Origin: Terriglobia bacterium
Lineage (GTDB): Bacteria; Acidobacteriota; Terriglobia; Versatilivoradales; Versatilivoraceae
NCBI GenBank assembly: GCA_951813285.1
Contig: OX638355.1
Span: 4,712,437 to 4,776,436, forward strand
Length of the DNA: 64,000 bases
Reading direction: 5' to 3'
In this document: piece by piece, positions 48,192 through 58,009 of the stretch
How the letters are laid out: every line of letters begins with the position of its first letter
Position numbering within the stretch: the stretch's first letter is position 1
Program-made: the position numbers and the translations under genes
Notes under the pieces: generated by a model
The model's input: only the letters and a program-made list of their open reading frames with translations
Databases searched by the model: none
Told to the model about the DNA's origin: nothing

Positions 48192-49253
48192 TCAGATCTC
48201 GTCGACGTTGATGAGAGGCATGGAGGCGCCCTCCAGCATGGCGTCGATGGATTCCAGGTGCTTGAACCCGCCCCCGGTGACCAGGCACACGACCCTCTCG
48301 TCCGCCTTCACCAGCCCCTGGCCCACCGCCAGTTCCAGGCCGGCCAGCGCTGTGGCCCCGGCAGGCTCGGTATAGATGCCTTCCTCCCGGATGAGGCGGC
48401 GCTGCCAGGAGTAGACGGCCTCATCGGACATCATCTGGCCCGACCCCTGGCTGGCCAGCACCGCGTCCAGGGCCACCTGGGCGTCCAGCACGGCGGCCAC
48501 CTGCAACCCGGAAATCTCACTGGTGCAGGTGACCGCCTGGGCGCGAGTCTCGTTCCTGCTCAGCGGCCCCACCACCGTGGCGCATCCCTGCGGCTGGGAG
48601 GCGTGCATCCTTGGAACCCGGTCGATGCGCCCCTCCTGGAACCACTCCCGATACCCCTGATAACACTGGTAGAACAGGCCGCCCCCTCCGATGGGCCCGA
48701 AGACGTGATCGGGGGCGCCGCCGAGCTGCTCGCAGATTTCAAAGGAGATGGTCTTCACCCCGGCCATCTGCCGCGGGCTGATGCAGGTGGCCGAGATCAG
48801 CAACACGGCCTCGCTGGTCCGGGCTCGGGCCTTGAGCCGTTCCACCACCGAGTTGGTCCCGGCCTCGGTGACCCCGAACTTCCGGACCCGGATCACCCGG
48901 GCGCCGTAGGCCTCGGCCTGCACCAGCTTCGCGCGCGAGGCCGTCTCCAGCACATACAGGTCCAGCTCAAAGCCGAAGCGGGCCGCGTAGGCCGCCAGGG
49001 CCGAGCCGGTATTGCCGGAGGAGGTGGCCAGCATCCGGTCGCGGTCCTCCTCGATCATCAATGAGGCGGCCATGCTGGCGAAACGGTCCTTGTAGGATCC
49101 CGAGGGGTTCTGGAACTCCAGCTTGAAGTAGAGGTGGTCCAACCCCAGGGATGGGCCGATCTGGCGGCTGCGAACCAGGGCGGTGTCGCCCTCTCCCAGG
49201 GAAGAGATGTTGCTTCTGTCCTTCAGGGGCAGGTTGTCGAAATATTTCCACAT
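48192..49253 (-). CDS. PLP-dependent enzyme of the tryptophan-synthase-beta fold (threonine synthase-like)
   Basis: 'FQNPSGSYKDRFA' with PLP-lysine, 'SSGNTGSALAAYAA', 'VTGGG'. Confidence 0.8.
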   Translation of the reverse strand: MWKYFDNLPLKDRSNISSLGEGDTALVRSRQIGPSLGLDHLYFKLEFQNPSGSYKDRFASMAASLMIEEDRDRMLATSSGNTGSALAAYAARFGFELDLYVLETASRAKLVQAEAYGARVIRVRKFGVTEAGTNSVVERLKARARTSEAVLLISATCISPRQMAGVKTISFEICEQLGGAPDHVFGPIGGGGLFYQCYQGYREWFQEGRIDRVPRMHASQPQGCATVVGPLSRNETRAQAVTCTSEISGLQVAAVLDAQVALDAVLASQGSGQMMSDEAVYSWQRRLIREEGIYTEPAGATALAGLELAVGQGLVKADERVVCLVTGGGFKHLESIDAMLEGASMPLINVDEI

Positions 49254-49419
49254 GTGAGTTGACTTGGCAGGCCGGCGGCGCCGGTCCCGGAGTCCCCGCC
49301 ATCATAGAAGCGAGACCTGCCGCCATCAACTAAAAAAGATTGGGGAGGGTAGGACCACGGGCCCTCCTTGCTCCCCCAAAGCCTTTGGCATACTATTTCC
49401 GCAGGCGTCGGGAGAACTC

Positions 49420-50235
49420 ATGAACGAGGACGGCTCCACATCGGGCCGGGTTGAAGTCAACGGCGTCCGACTGGCCTATAGCCTGTGCGGCCAGGGAGCC
49501 GGTGTCGTCTTGCTGCACGGCTGGATGTGCAACCGGTCCTTCTGGCAACGCCAGTGCCGGGAGTTGGCGGGCCGGAACTTCCGCTGTCTGGCTGTCGACT
49601 TCCGGGGGCACGGCGACTCGGAAGCGCCTGCCCGAGGCTATTCCATTGGGCAACTGGCCGCCGACGTGAGCGCCATGATGGCGGCCCTGGAGTTCGGGCC
49701 GGCCGTCATCGTGGGCCATTCCATGGGCGGCATGGTGGCCCAGCACTTCTGCCTGGAACGGCCGGAGCAGACCGCCGCGATGGTGCTGGTGGCGACCATC
49801 GCCTCCGATGTAGAAGACCGGCTGATCTCGAAGAGAATCGCCTCCGATGCCACCCGGATGGGCTTCCAACGTGCTTTCGACCGCCATTTCGACGCCTGGT
49901 TTGCTCCCGGCGCCCCGGAGTCGGTTCGCGGCTGGGTCAAGCGGCAGATGCGGTCCACCTCCGACGAGCTGGGCCTGCAACTGGTCGGCGACTACAGCCG
50001 CTTCGACCTGACCGGCCGGTTGGGAGAGATTCGGCATCCCACCCTGGTGATCGGCACCCGAGCGGACGACTCGGCCCCTCCCGCACAGAGCCTCCGCCTG
50101 GCCGAACTGATCCCCGGTGCCCGACTGGCCCTGATCGAAGACTGCGGACACTTCCCCATGCTGGAGAAACCGGAACTGCTGAGCCGGGCGCTGCTGCCCT
50201 TCCTCGAGGCGCAGGCCGGCGTCGGAGAGGATTGA
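49420..50235 (+). CDS. Alpha/beta-hydrolase fold protein
   Basis: From 'MNEDGST' (GGGAG Shine-Dalgarno). 'VVLLHGW','GHSMGG' nucleophile elbow, C-terminal 'DCGHFP'. Confidence 0.85.
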   Translation: MNEDGSTSGRVEVNGVRLAYSLCGQGAGVVLLHGWMCNRSFWQRQCRELAGRNFRCLAVDFRGHGDSEAPARGYSIGQLAADVSAMMAALEFGPAVIVGHSMGGMVAQHFCLERPEQTAAMVLVATIASDVEDRLISKRIASDATRMGFQRAFDRHFDAWFAPGAPESVRGWVKRQMRSTSDELGLQLVGDYSRFDLTGRLGEIRHPTLVIGTRADDSAPPAQSLRLAELIPGARLALIEDCGHFPMLEKPELLSRALLPFLEAQAGVGED

Positions 50236-50237
50236 CC

Positions 50238-51590
50238 ATGTCGAGCGGCCCCTGGCGTGAGGAGCACGACTTCCTGGGCCCGGTCCAGGTCCCGCGGGAA
50301 GCCCTTTATGGAGCCCAGACCCAACGCGCCCTGCACAACTTTCCACTGTCGGGGGAGCGCTCCATCGGCGACTATCCGACCCTGGTGGAGGCGCTGCTGC
50401 GCATCAAGTGGGCGGCTGCCGAGGCCAATCGGACGGCCGGGTTCCTGGACGCCGAGGTCGCCGCGGCCATCGTTCGAGCGGTTCGGGAACTGATCGACGA
50501 AGGGGCCTGTCGCCATTTCCCCATCCATCGCTTCCACGGAGGAGGAGGCACTTCGGCCAACATGAACGCCAACGAAGTGCTGGCCAACCGGGCCGAAGAG
50601 CTCCTGGGAGGGGGCCGGGGGCAATACCATCTGGTCCATCCCAACGATCACGTCAACCTCCACCAGTCCACCAACGACGTCTACCCCACCGCCTGCCGCA
50701 TGGCCGTGATCGCTTCCCGGCCCCCGCTGGCCGATGCCCTTGAAGGACTGAGGCAGGTCTTGCGAACCCAGGCCTCCCGATTCCAGGACGAGCCCCGGGT
50801 GGCCAGGACCTGCCTTCAGGATGCGGTGGCCGTCACTTTCGGGGACCTGTTCGGAGGCTATGAAGCCACCCTTGCCCGAGCCGCCGGCCGGATCGCCCGC
50901 GACGTGGACGAGCTGCACGTCATTAACCTCGGCGGCACCATCGTGGGGCGCTCGCAGGATGCTCCCGAGGTTTATCGGGATCGGATCCTTCCCAGCCTTC
51001 GGGAAATCAGCGGCGACCCGGCCTACCGCTTGGCGCCCGACCTCTTCGACGCCGCCCAGAACCCGGACGGGATGGTGGCAGTCTCCACCGCCCTGGAGAT
51101 GCTGGCCCGGACCCTCATCAAGATCGCCAAGGACCTGCGGCTGCTCAGTTCAGGCCCCGAGGCGGGCCTGGGAGAGATCCGGCTCCCTGCCGTTCAGCCC
51201 GGCTCCTCCATCATGCCCGGCAAGGTAAATCCGGTGATTCCGGAGTTCGTCGTTCAGTGCTGCTTTCAGGTCATCGGAAACCATGCGGCTTGCGCCGGCG
51301 TCCTGGACCACGGCGAACTGGACCTGAACATCTGGGAGAGCCTCCTGCTCTTCAATGTGCTGGATTCGATGGGCTTGCTGGCAAACGCCGCCCAAACCCT
51401 GGCCGAGCGCTGCCTGGCGGGAATGACGGTGGCGCCGGAACGCAACCGGTCCAACGCCGACTCCATCATCCCCCGATTGACCGAGCTGGTGAAGAAACGA
51501 GGCTACTCGGCGGTCAGCCGCGTGTGCCGGGAGGCCGGGGGGGACCCGCGGAAAATCCGAGATTTGTTGAAGAAAGAAGGCTGGAACTAG
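50238..51590 (+). CDS. Aspartate ammonia-lyase / class II fumarase family (lyase_1) protein
   Basis: From 'MSSGPWREEHDFLGPVQVP'. 'TSANMNANEV','GSSIMPGKVNP' signature. Confidence 0.85.
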   Translation: MSSGPWREEHDFLGPVQVPREALYGAQTQRALHNFPLSGERSIGDYPTLVEALLRIKWAAAEANRTAGFLDAEVAAAIVRAVRELIDEGACRHFPIHRFHGGGGTSANMNANEVLANRAEELLGGGRGQYHLVHPNDHVNLHQSTNDVYPTACRMAVIASRPPLADALEGLRQVLRTQASRFQDEPRVARTCLQDAVAVTFGDLFGGYEATLARAAGRIARDVDELHVINLGGTIVGRSQDAPEVYRDRILPSLREISGDPAYRLAPDLFDAAQNPDGMVAVSTALEMLARTLIKIAKDLRLLSSGPEAGLGEIRLPAVQPGSSIMPGKVNPVIPEFVVQCCFQVIGNHAACAGVLDHGELDLNIWESLLLFNVLDSMGLLANAAQTLAERCLAGMTVAPERNRSNADSIIPRLTELVKKRGYSAVSRVCREAGGDPRKIRDLLKKEGWN

Positions 51591-51663
51591 CCCGGAGGGC
51601 CGCCGGACGAGATAGGCGGACCTCCCCTCTTGCCGCCTGGCGGCTCAATCAGGAGAAAGTCCT

Positions 51664-52122
51664 ATGAAATTCCAAGACCCATCCCCCACCGAAGCCACCC
51701 GAGCGCCGCGGGAAGAAACAAGCCCAACGGAAATTGTGACCGTGCGTCCCAGCCGGGAGGTGATGTCCAAGCAGCGTCTTCCCTATTTCTTTGGAGTCTC
51801 GGAGGAAACTTCCGGAGCACGGGGAATTTCCATGAGCCTGGTGGTCATCCCCCCCGGCGGTGCGGCCGAACCCCACTACCATCGAGGCTTCGAAACCGCC
51901 ATCTACATGCTGGAAGGAAGTGTCGAGACCCGTTACGGCAAGGGGCTGCGCCGCAAGGTCACCCACCGCCCGGGAGATTTTCTCTTCATTCCGCCCGGCG
52001 TGCCTCACCAACCGGTCAACCTCAGCGACCGGGAGCCGGCCAGGGCCATCGTGGCCCGCAATCACCCCAGCACCAACGAAGAGGTGGTCTTCTACGATCC
52101 GGGGGCGGAGGATGTGGGCTGA
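51664..52122 (+). CDS. Cupin-domain protein
   Basis: 'PHYHRGFETAIYMLEGS...GDFLFIPPGVPH' two-motif cupin signature. Confidence 0.7.
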   Translation: MKFQDPSPTEATRAPREETSPTEIVTVRPSREVMSKQRLPYFFGVSEETSGARGISMSLVVIPPGGAAEPHYHRGFETAIYMLEGSVETRYGKGLRRKVTHRPGDFLFIPPGVPHQPVNLSDREPARAIVARNHPSTNEEVVFYDPGAEDVG

Positions 52123-52232
52123 GGCGTCAGCGCCCTCGTACTCTTCCGTAAAGGTGCATCACGAGACCCGCCCGAAGCCCTTGTACGACGCCGCCAACAG
52201 GCCGCTGATATTCCGCACGGGACGCCGCGTTT

Positions 52233-52465
52233 GCCCCCCTCCGGATCGACTGCGGGCGGAGCCCTTGTCTCTCCGACTCCCCCTCAAGGGGGGAGTGATT
52301 CTTGAGGCTTGCAAAGGGCCTATTGCCCCATTCCTGGGCACGATGTAAACCATGTTCCCGGTTTAATGTGTGGACCATGCCCACCCGGGAGCGCGGGCGT
52401 CCCGCCCGCTTCCTTATTCCTGCAATCAGCCTGCGGTCCACGCCACTCTCTTGCAAGGAGGGCAC
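52233..52465. repeat. Hairpin-TIR repeat, family R copy 2 (about 230 bp)
   Basis: About 90% identical to the reverse complement of 58010..58244. Abuts MITE family A copy at 52468. Confidence 0.55.
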
Positions 52466-52467
52466 CG

Positions 52468-52540
52468 CTGGGGACGTTATTGAACAAGAGCAATTCGGAA
52501 GCGGTCGATCAAAGTTATTCCAGTAATTCAACAACGTCCC
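52468..52540. mobile_element. MITE-like element, family A short form (73 bp; termini intact, interior deleted)
   Basis: GGGGACGTTATTGAACAAG ... TTCCAGTAATTCAACAACGTCCCC. Confidence 0.5.
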
Positions 52541-52762
52541 CTACTCCCCTCAGCACGAGAGGTTGCTGCACCACAAGCTGGCTCGGGCGGCGATCCGCTA
52601 CGGGCTTGCGGATGCCCAGGATTACAGGACGCCGGACTCCCAAAACCAAATCCTGTATATCCTGTTAATCCATGTGAATTATTCTTGTAAATCACGAGTC
52701 GGGAATTGCACGCCCGAACCGCCAAGCGAAGGCAGATGGCGTAGGGGGTGCCCCCCGGGGTC

Positions 52763-54655
52763 TCAGTGGCTTCGGAAGACCCGCAGGACGTCCTCGATCT
52801 CTCCAAGAATGGCCGGGGCGTCGATGGTGGAAGGAACGGTGTAGTCGCGCCCGTCGGCCAGGTCCCGAAGGGTGCGGCGCAGGACCTTGCCGGAGCGGGT
52901 CTTGGGCAGGCGCTGGACCAGCAGGGCTTTCTTGAAGCTGGCCACGGCTCCGATGTCCGACCGGACTTCCTGAATGATCTCGGCTTCGATGGCCTCCCAC
53001 TGGCGCTCCACCCCGGCCTTCAACACCACGAACCCCAGGGGGATCTGACCCTTGAGCGCGTCCCGGGCGCCGACCACGGCGCACTCGGCCACGTCGGGAT
53101 GGCCGGAAACCACCTCCTCCATTCTGCCGGTGGAGAAACGGTGGCCGGCCACGTTGATGACGTCATCCACCCGCCCCATGACGAAAAGGTACCCCTCCTC
53201 GTCCTTGAAGCCACCGTCGGCGGTGAAGTAGTAGCCGGGGAAACGGCTGAGATAGGACTCCAGAAAACGCCGGTCGTCATTCCACAGGGTCGGCAGGCAG
53301 CCCGGGGGCAGCGGAAGCTTGACGGCGATCAGCCCCTCCTTGCCGGGTCCCAGGACCCGGCCCTCGCCGTCGAGCACCTGGATGTCGTATCCGGGAACGG
53401 ACCTGCCGGCAGAGCCGGGCTTGAGCGGATGGGGAGAGAGCCCCATGCAGTTGGCAGCCATCGGCCACCCGCTCTCGGTCTGCCACCAGTGATCGATGAC
53501 CGGTATCCCCAGAAGGCGGCCGGCCCAGTGAAAAGTGTCCGGGTCCAGCCGTTCGCCGGCCAGGAAGAGATAGCGCAGGCAGGAGACATCGTGGTCCTTG
53601 AGGTGCTCCCCCTCCGGATCTTCCTTCTTGATGGCCCGGAACGCGGTCGGGGCCGTGAACAGGACCTTCACCCCGTGCTGGGACACCACCCGCCAGAAGG
53701 CTCCCGCATCCGGCGTCCCCACCGGCTTGCCCTCGTAGAGCAGGCTGGTGCAGCCGTGCATCAGGGGGCCGTACACCGTATAGGAATGGCCCACCGCCCA
53801 ACCGATGTCGGAAGCCGCCCAGAAGACGTCTCCCGCCTGTACGTCGTAGATGTTGTCCAGGCTCCACCGCAAGACTACCGCGTGTCCGCCGTTGTCTCTC
53901 ACCACGCCCTTGGGTTTCCCGGTGGTCCCCGAGGTGTAGAGGATGTAGAGGGGGTCGGTGGCCTCCAGGGGCAGGCAGTCCACCGGATCGGCCGCGGCAA
54001 CCATTTCCTCCCAGTCCAGGTCTCGTCCCGGCTGGAGAGCGGCCCGCGACTGCGGCCTCTGGTAGACCACGCAGACCGCCGGCTTGTGCTCGGCAAGGTC
54101 GATAGCCGCGTCCAGCAGGGGCTTGTAGGGAATGACCTGCTGCACCTCGATCCCGCAGGAAGCAGTCACGATGGCCTTGGGTCGGGCGTCGTCGATCCGG
54201 ATGGCCAGCTCCTGGGAAGCGAAGCCGCCGAAGACCACCGAGTGCACCACGCCGATGCGGGCGCAGGCCAGCATGGCCACCACCGCCTCGGGGATCATGG
54301 GCATGTAGATGATCAGACGATCTCCTTTTTCCAGGCCGGCGGCACGCAGCGCTCCGGCGAAACGGGAGACCTCCTGCTGCAGTTCCCGATAGGAGATCCG
54401 GCGGACGACGCCGGTGACCGGGCTGTCGTAAATCAGGGCGGCCTGCTCCGCCCGCCCGTTCTCCACCTGTCGGTCCACTGCGTTGTAGCAGGTGTTGAGC
54501 CTGCCGCCCTTGAACCAGTGGACGAACTGCCCCCGGGAGACATTCAGGACACGGTCCCACTTGCGATCCCAATGCACGGCCTCGGCCGCCTCGGCCCAGA
54601 AGGCCTCAGGTTCCTCCAGGGAATGCCGATAGAGGGTTTCGTAGGTTGATTTCAT
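52763..54655 (-). CDS. Acyl-CoA synthetase of the acetyl/propionyl-CoA synthetase family (PrpE-like propionate--CoA ligase)
   Basis: From 'MKSTYETLYRHSLEEPEAFWAEAAE'. AMP-binding 'YTSGTTGKPKGV'. About 630 aa as in PrpE. The ORF as listed extends about 39 codons further upstream. Confidence 0.85.
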   Translation of the reverse strand: MKSTYETLYRHSLEEPEAFWAEAAEAVHWDRKWDRVLNVSRGQFVHWFKGGRLNTCYNAVDRQVENGRAEQAALIYDSPVTGVVRRISYRELQQEVSRFAGALRAAGLEKGDRLIIYMPMIPEAVVAMLACARIGVVHSVVFGGFASQELAIRIDDARPKAIVTASCGIEVQQVIPYKPLLDAAIDLAEHKPAVCVVYQRPQSRAALQPGRDLDWEEMVAAADPVDCLPLEATDPLYILYTSGTTGKPKGVVRDNGGHAVVLRWSLDNIYDVQAGDVFWAASDIGWAVGHSYTVYGPLMHGCTSLLYEGKPVGTPDAGAFWRVVSQHGVKVLFTAPTAFRAIKKEDPEGEHLKDHDVSCLRYLFLAGERLDPDTFHWAGRLLGIPVIDHWWQTESGWPMAANCMGLSPHPLKPGSAGRSVPGYDIQVLDGEGRVLGPGKEGLIAVKLPLPPGCLPTLWNDDRRFLESYLSRFPGYYFTADGGFKDEEGYLFVMGRVDDVINVAGHRFSTGRMEEVVSGHPDVAECAVVGARDALKGQIPLGFVVLKAGVERQWEAIEAEIIQEVRSDIGAVASFKKALLVQRLPKTRSGKVLRRTLRDLADGRDYTVPSTIDAPAILGEIEDVLRVFRSH

Positions 54656-55371
54656 GGTCGGGCTCGATTTCTTGAGTCGAAACGACATTGACAGACGAGT
54701 CAAGTGTCTTAAATTGTGGATTGTCGATTTCTGATTGTTGATTGGCGGGGATGAGAACTGACTTTGCCTCAAATCTAAAATCTACAATCCACAATCAACA
54801 ATTCATTTCTTGAGCCTTTTGCAAGATTCGTCGTCGGGCGATCCTTATTCGGATCGAGGGTTTTTCCTCCCGAGTCCCTCAAGGATCCGGTGACACTGAA
54901 CCGGTTTGCCGTCTGAAGCTCAATGGCCACAAAAGGCACAAAAACACAAAAAGAACCATCGGATGGGCAAGTCTCGAAATCAAGAAACTCGTTTTGTGCC
55001 TTTTGTGCTTTTTGTGGTTTCTGTTGTCTCTTGTGCTTATCGTGGTGAATGCTGGAGCCTGCAGCACATCATCCTTGCCGCCTCAATGTCATTCCCGATT
55101 GCGATATTTGCAAAAGGCTCATAATAAACATGGATACACAGGATGCACAGGATAACCAGTACGGGACGCTGCTGCACGAGAAGCCGGCTCCGGCAATGAT
55201 CGTGTGCGGATTTGCGGATGCTCAGGATTACCAGCTAGCCGTTTCCTGAAAAAATCCTGTGCATCCATGTGAATCAAAACCTGTTCCGAGCCTCCATAAA
55301 ACCGTTGGCTGCGGAATTTTGCAAAAGGCTCTGTCTTGTCGGTCCGAGGTCTGCGCCTTCCGCGAACCGGT

Positions 55372-57282
55372 TCAAATCCAGATCTCGACCAGGGTCTTGC
55401 CCAACCAGGCGCCGAAATAGGCCAGAGCCAACATGTAGCCGAATTGCAAAATGGCCAGCCGCCAGCCGCCGGTCTCCCTCCGGACGACGGCCACCGTGGA
55501 CATGCACTGGAGGGCGAAAGCGAAAAAGATCAGCAGGGCGACCGCTGCCCCCGGGGTCAGATCCTGCTTCAGGGCCTGCTGCAAACCAGGGGAGCCTTCG
55601 TCTCCTCCCTCCTCTGCCGCCTCGATTCCGTAAATGGTCCCCAGGGTGCCCACGATCACTTCTCGCGCCGCCAGGGAGGTGATCAACCCGATCCCGATTT
55701 TCCAGTTGAAGCCCAGGGGCTCGATGACCGGCTCGACAGCCTTTCCCATCTTGCCGGCCAGGCTGTGGGAAATTTCCGGCGCCTCGCCGTCGGTGCGAGG
55801 CACACTGGCCAGAAACCAGAGCACCACCGTCACCAACAGGATCACGGTCCCGGCGCGCTTGAGAAAGATGAGCGAACGGTCGGCCAGCCGCAGGCCGATG
55901 GACTGCAGGGTGGGCCAGCGGTAGGGAGGGAGCTCCAGGGTGAAAGGCAGGGGACTCCGCCGTTTCAGGAGGGTGGACTTCAGCAGCCGGGCGGTCGCCA
56001 CCGCGGCCCCGAAACCCAGCAGGTAAAGTCCGATCATGGCCGCGGCCCGTGTGCCCAGCAACGGCCCCAACAGAGGCTTTTCCGGCAGGAAGGCGGCGAT
56101 GACCAGCACATAGACCGGCAGCCTGGCCGAGCAGGTCATGAACGGGGCGATCAGTATGGTCGCCAAGCGTTCCCGCCGGCTCTCGATGGTGCGGGTGGCC
56201 ATGATGGCCGGTATGGCGCAGGCGTAAGCCGACAACAGGGGGATGAAGGCCTTGCCCTCCAGACCCACCCGAGCCATGGTGCGGTCGGCAATCACGGCCG
56301 CCCGGGCCAGGTATCCCGAATCCTCCATCACTCCGATCAAGAGAAACAGGAAGAGGATCTGGGGGAGGAACACCAGGACGGAGCCCACCCCGGCCCAAAC
56401 CCCTTCCAGGAGCAGGTCGCGGAACCAGGAATCGGGCAGCAGGGTGCCTATCCAGAGGCCCGAGGCGGCTATGACGGCTTCGGTGCCGTCCATCAGGGGC
56501 TGGGCCAGCGTGAAGATACTTTGAAAGACAGCCATCACCACCAGGAGAAAAATCAGCGGCCCTCCCAGGGGATGCAGCAACACCGAGTCCAGGCGGCGGG
56601 TCCAAACGGCGGCGGCGGGCGCCTGGTAGCCCGACTGGCCGGTGGCATGGACCGCCCAGCGGCGGCGGCCAGGGATATCCTGAAGCACCGGCAGCTCCAG
56701 CCGCTGGGGGGCCGCGGAGCGACGGGACAGGAAGGCGCGGATGGTCTCCAAGCCCTCACCCCTGGCGGCGCTGGCCAGGACCACCGGAACCCCCAACCGC
56801 TCGGACAGGCGCCGGCCGTCCACCATTCCGCCCCGGCTGTGCAGGTCATCGGACATGTTCAGGACAACCAGGGTGGGGATTCCCAATGCCAGGATGGGGG
56901 CGGCCAGGCTCAGGTTGCGGTTCAGATTGGTGGAGTCGACCACCAGCAGGACGGCGTCCGGAGAAGGCAGGCCCGGCATCTCGCCCAGCAGCACCCCTCG
57001 GGCCACCCGCTCGTCCTCCGATCGGGCCGTGAGGCTGTATATGCCCGGCAGGTCCACCAGGGTGATCTCCCGGCCGCCCTCGACTCTGACCCTGCCCAGG
57101 CGCTTTTCTACCGTGACCCCCGGATAGTTGGCCACCTTCTGCCGGAGCCCGGTGAGCCGGTTGAAGAGCGTGGATTTTCCGCAATTGGGGGCGCCAACCA
57201 CGGCGACCAGGGAGAAGGCGCCGGAGGTCTTTGGCGTAGCGGGCGGGGCTTTGGCGGCCGAAGCAGCCTGGAAATCAGACAT
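55372..57282 (-). CDS. feoB: Ferrous iron transporter FeoB
   Basis: N-terminal G-domain 'GAPNCGKSTLFNRLTG','DLPG','NMSD', followed by a polytopic membrane domain. Confidence 0.9.
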   Translation of the reverse strand: MSDFQAASAAKAPPATPKTSGAFSLVAVVGAPNCGKSTLFNRLTGLRQKVANYPGVTVEKRLGRVRVEGGREITLVDLPGIYSLTARSEDERVARGVLLGEMPGLPSPDAVLLVVDSTNLNRNLSLAAPILALGIPTLVVLNMSDDLHSRGGMVDGRRLSERLGVPVVLASAARGEGLETIRAFLSRRSAAPQRLELPVLQDIPGRRRWAVHATGQSGYQAPAAAVWTRRLDSVLLHPLGGPLIFLLVVMAVFQSIFTLAQPLMDGTEAVIAASGLWIGTLLPDSWFRDLLLEGVWAGVGSVLVFLPQILFLFLLIGVMEDSGYLARAAVIADRTMARVGLEGKAFIPLLSAYACAIPAIMATRTIESRRERLATILIAPFMTCSARLPVYVLVIAAFLPEKPLLGPLLGTRAAAMIGLYLLGFGAAVATARLLKSTLLKRRSPLPFTLELPPYRWPTLQSIGLRLADRSLIFLKRAGTVILLVTVVLWFLASVPRTDGEAPEISHSLAGKMGKAVEPVIEPLGFNWKIGIGLITSLAAREVIVGTLGTIYGIEAAEEGGDEGSPGLQQALKQDLTPGAAVALLIFFAFALQCMSTVAVVRRETGGWRLAILQFGYMLALAYFGAWLGKTLVEIWI

Positions 57283-57538
57283 TGTCCCCCTCTTCCCCCA
57301 CCTGCGTGGAATCCCTCAGTATCAAGCGCCGGGCAGTAGCGCGTCTGAGAGCGACCTCCGAGCCGTCCACCCGGAAGATCATGGGGTCCCCGCCGGGAGC
57401 CGCCCGCCCGGCGCTCACGCGAACACCGGGCAGAAAACCCAGCTCCATCAGTCGCTGCGCCACTTCCGCGGCGACCTCCAGGCGATCCAGGATCCCTTCC
57501 TCGCCTCGCTTCAAATCCGACAGTGTCCTGGCCGGCAT
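57275..57538 (-). CDS. feoA: FeoA-domain protein
   Basis: From 'MPARTLSDLKRGEEGILDRL'. SH3-like FeoA pattern. An 8-nt overlap with feoB implies coupling. Confidence 0.75.
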   Translation of the reverse strand: MPARTLSDLKRGEEGILDRLEVAAEVAQRLMELGFLPGVRVSAGRAAPGGDPMIFRVDGSEVALRRATARRLILRDSTQVGEEGDNV

Positions 57539-58009
57539 TCTGTCCCCAACCTCAACCGCGCCCAAGGTGGTTGACCCTTATTTCCCGCAAGACAGGGCCA
57601 TTCTACACCCATTGGGCAAACAGACCGGAGCCTCAAGTCACATCACCGGTAGGACCGGGTCAGCGCCTGCCCCCCACCGCATCAGCCTTCGCCATTCGGC
57701 TCCCCCTCAAGGGGGGAGTGATACTCGATTTTCTTGAAGGACGTTTCATGAGATTGGGGAGTAGACTCCCGGAGATAGTCAATTGAAAAATCCTAGCCAC
57801 GGGCAGTGCCGTGAGTTAGGGGAGAGCCGCGAATGCGGCGGTTGGCGTGGGTCGTCCGAGGAAACGTCTCCTGCAAGCCATCCTTATAGAGCAGCGTAGC
57901 TGCGGTCTCGTGTAGCCCCGGGCGGGAGCCCGGGGTCCTGTGAGTTCTGCGCCAACCTAGCCGCGTAGGCGGCGGATTGAGAGCTGCGTCCCCGAACGCG
58001 CGGCCAGTG

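Noticed and set aside
52748-57339. Plus-strand ORFs 52748..54649 (633 aa) and 55336..57339 (667 aa) antisense to prpE and feoB
   Set aside because: prpE has a canonical AMP-binding motif and feoB a G-domain plus membrane domain on the minus strand. The plus-strand translations are low complexity.
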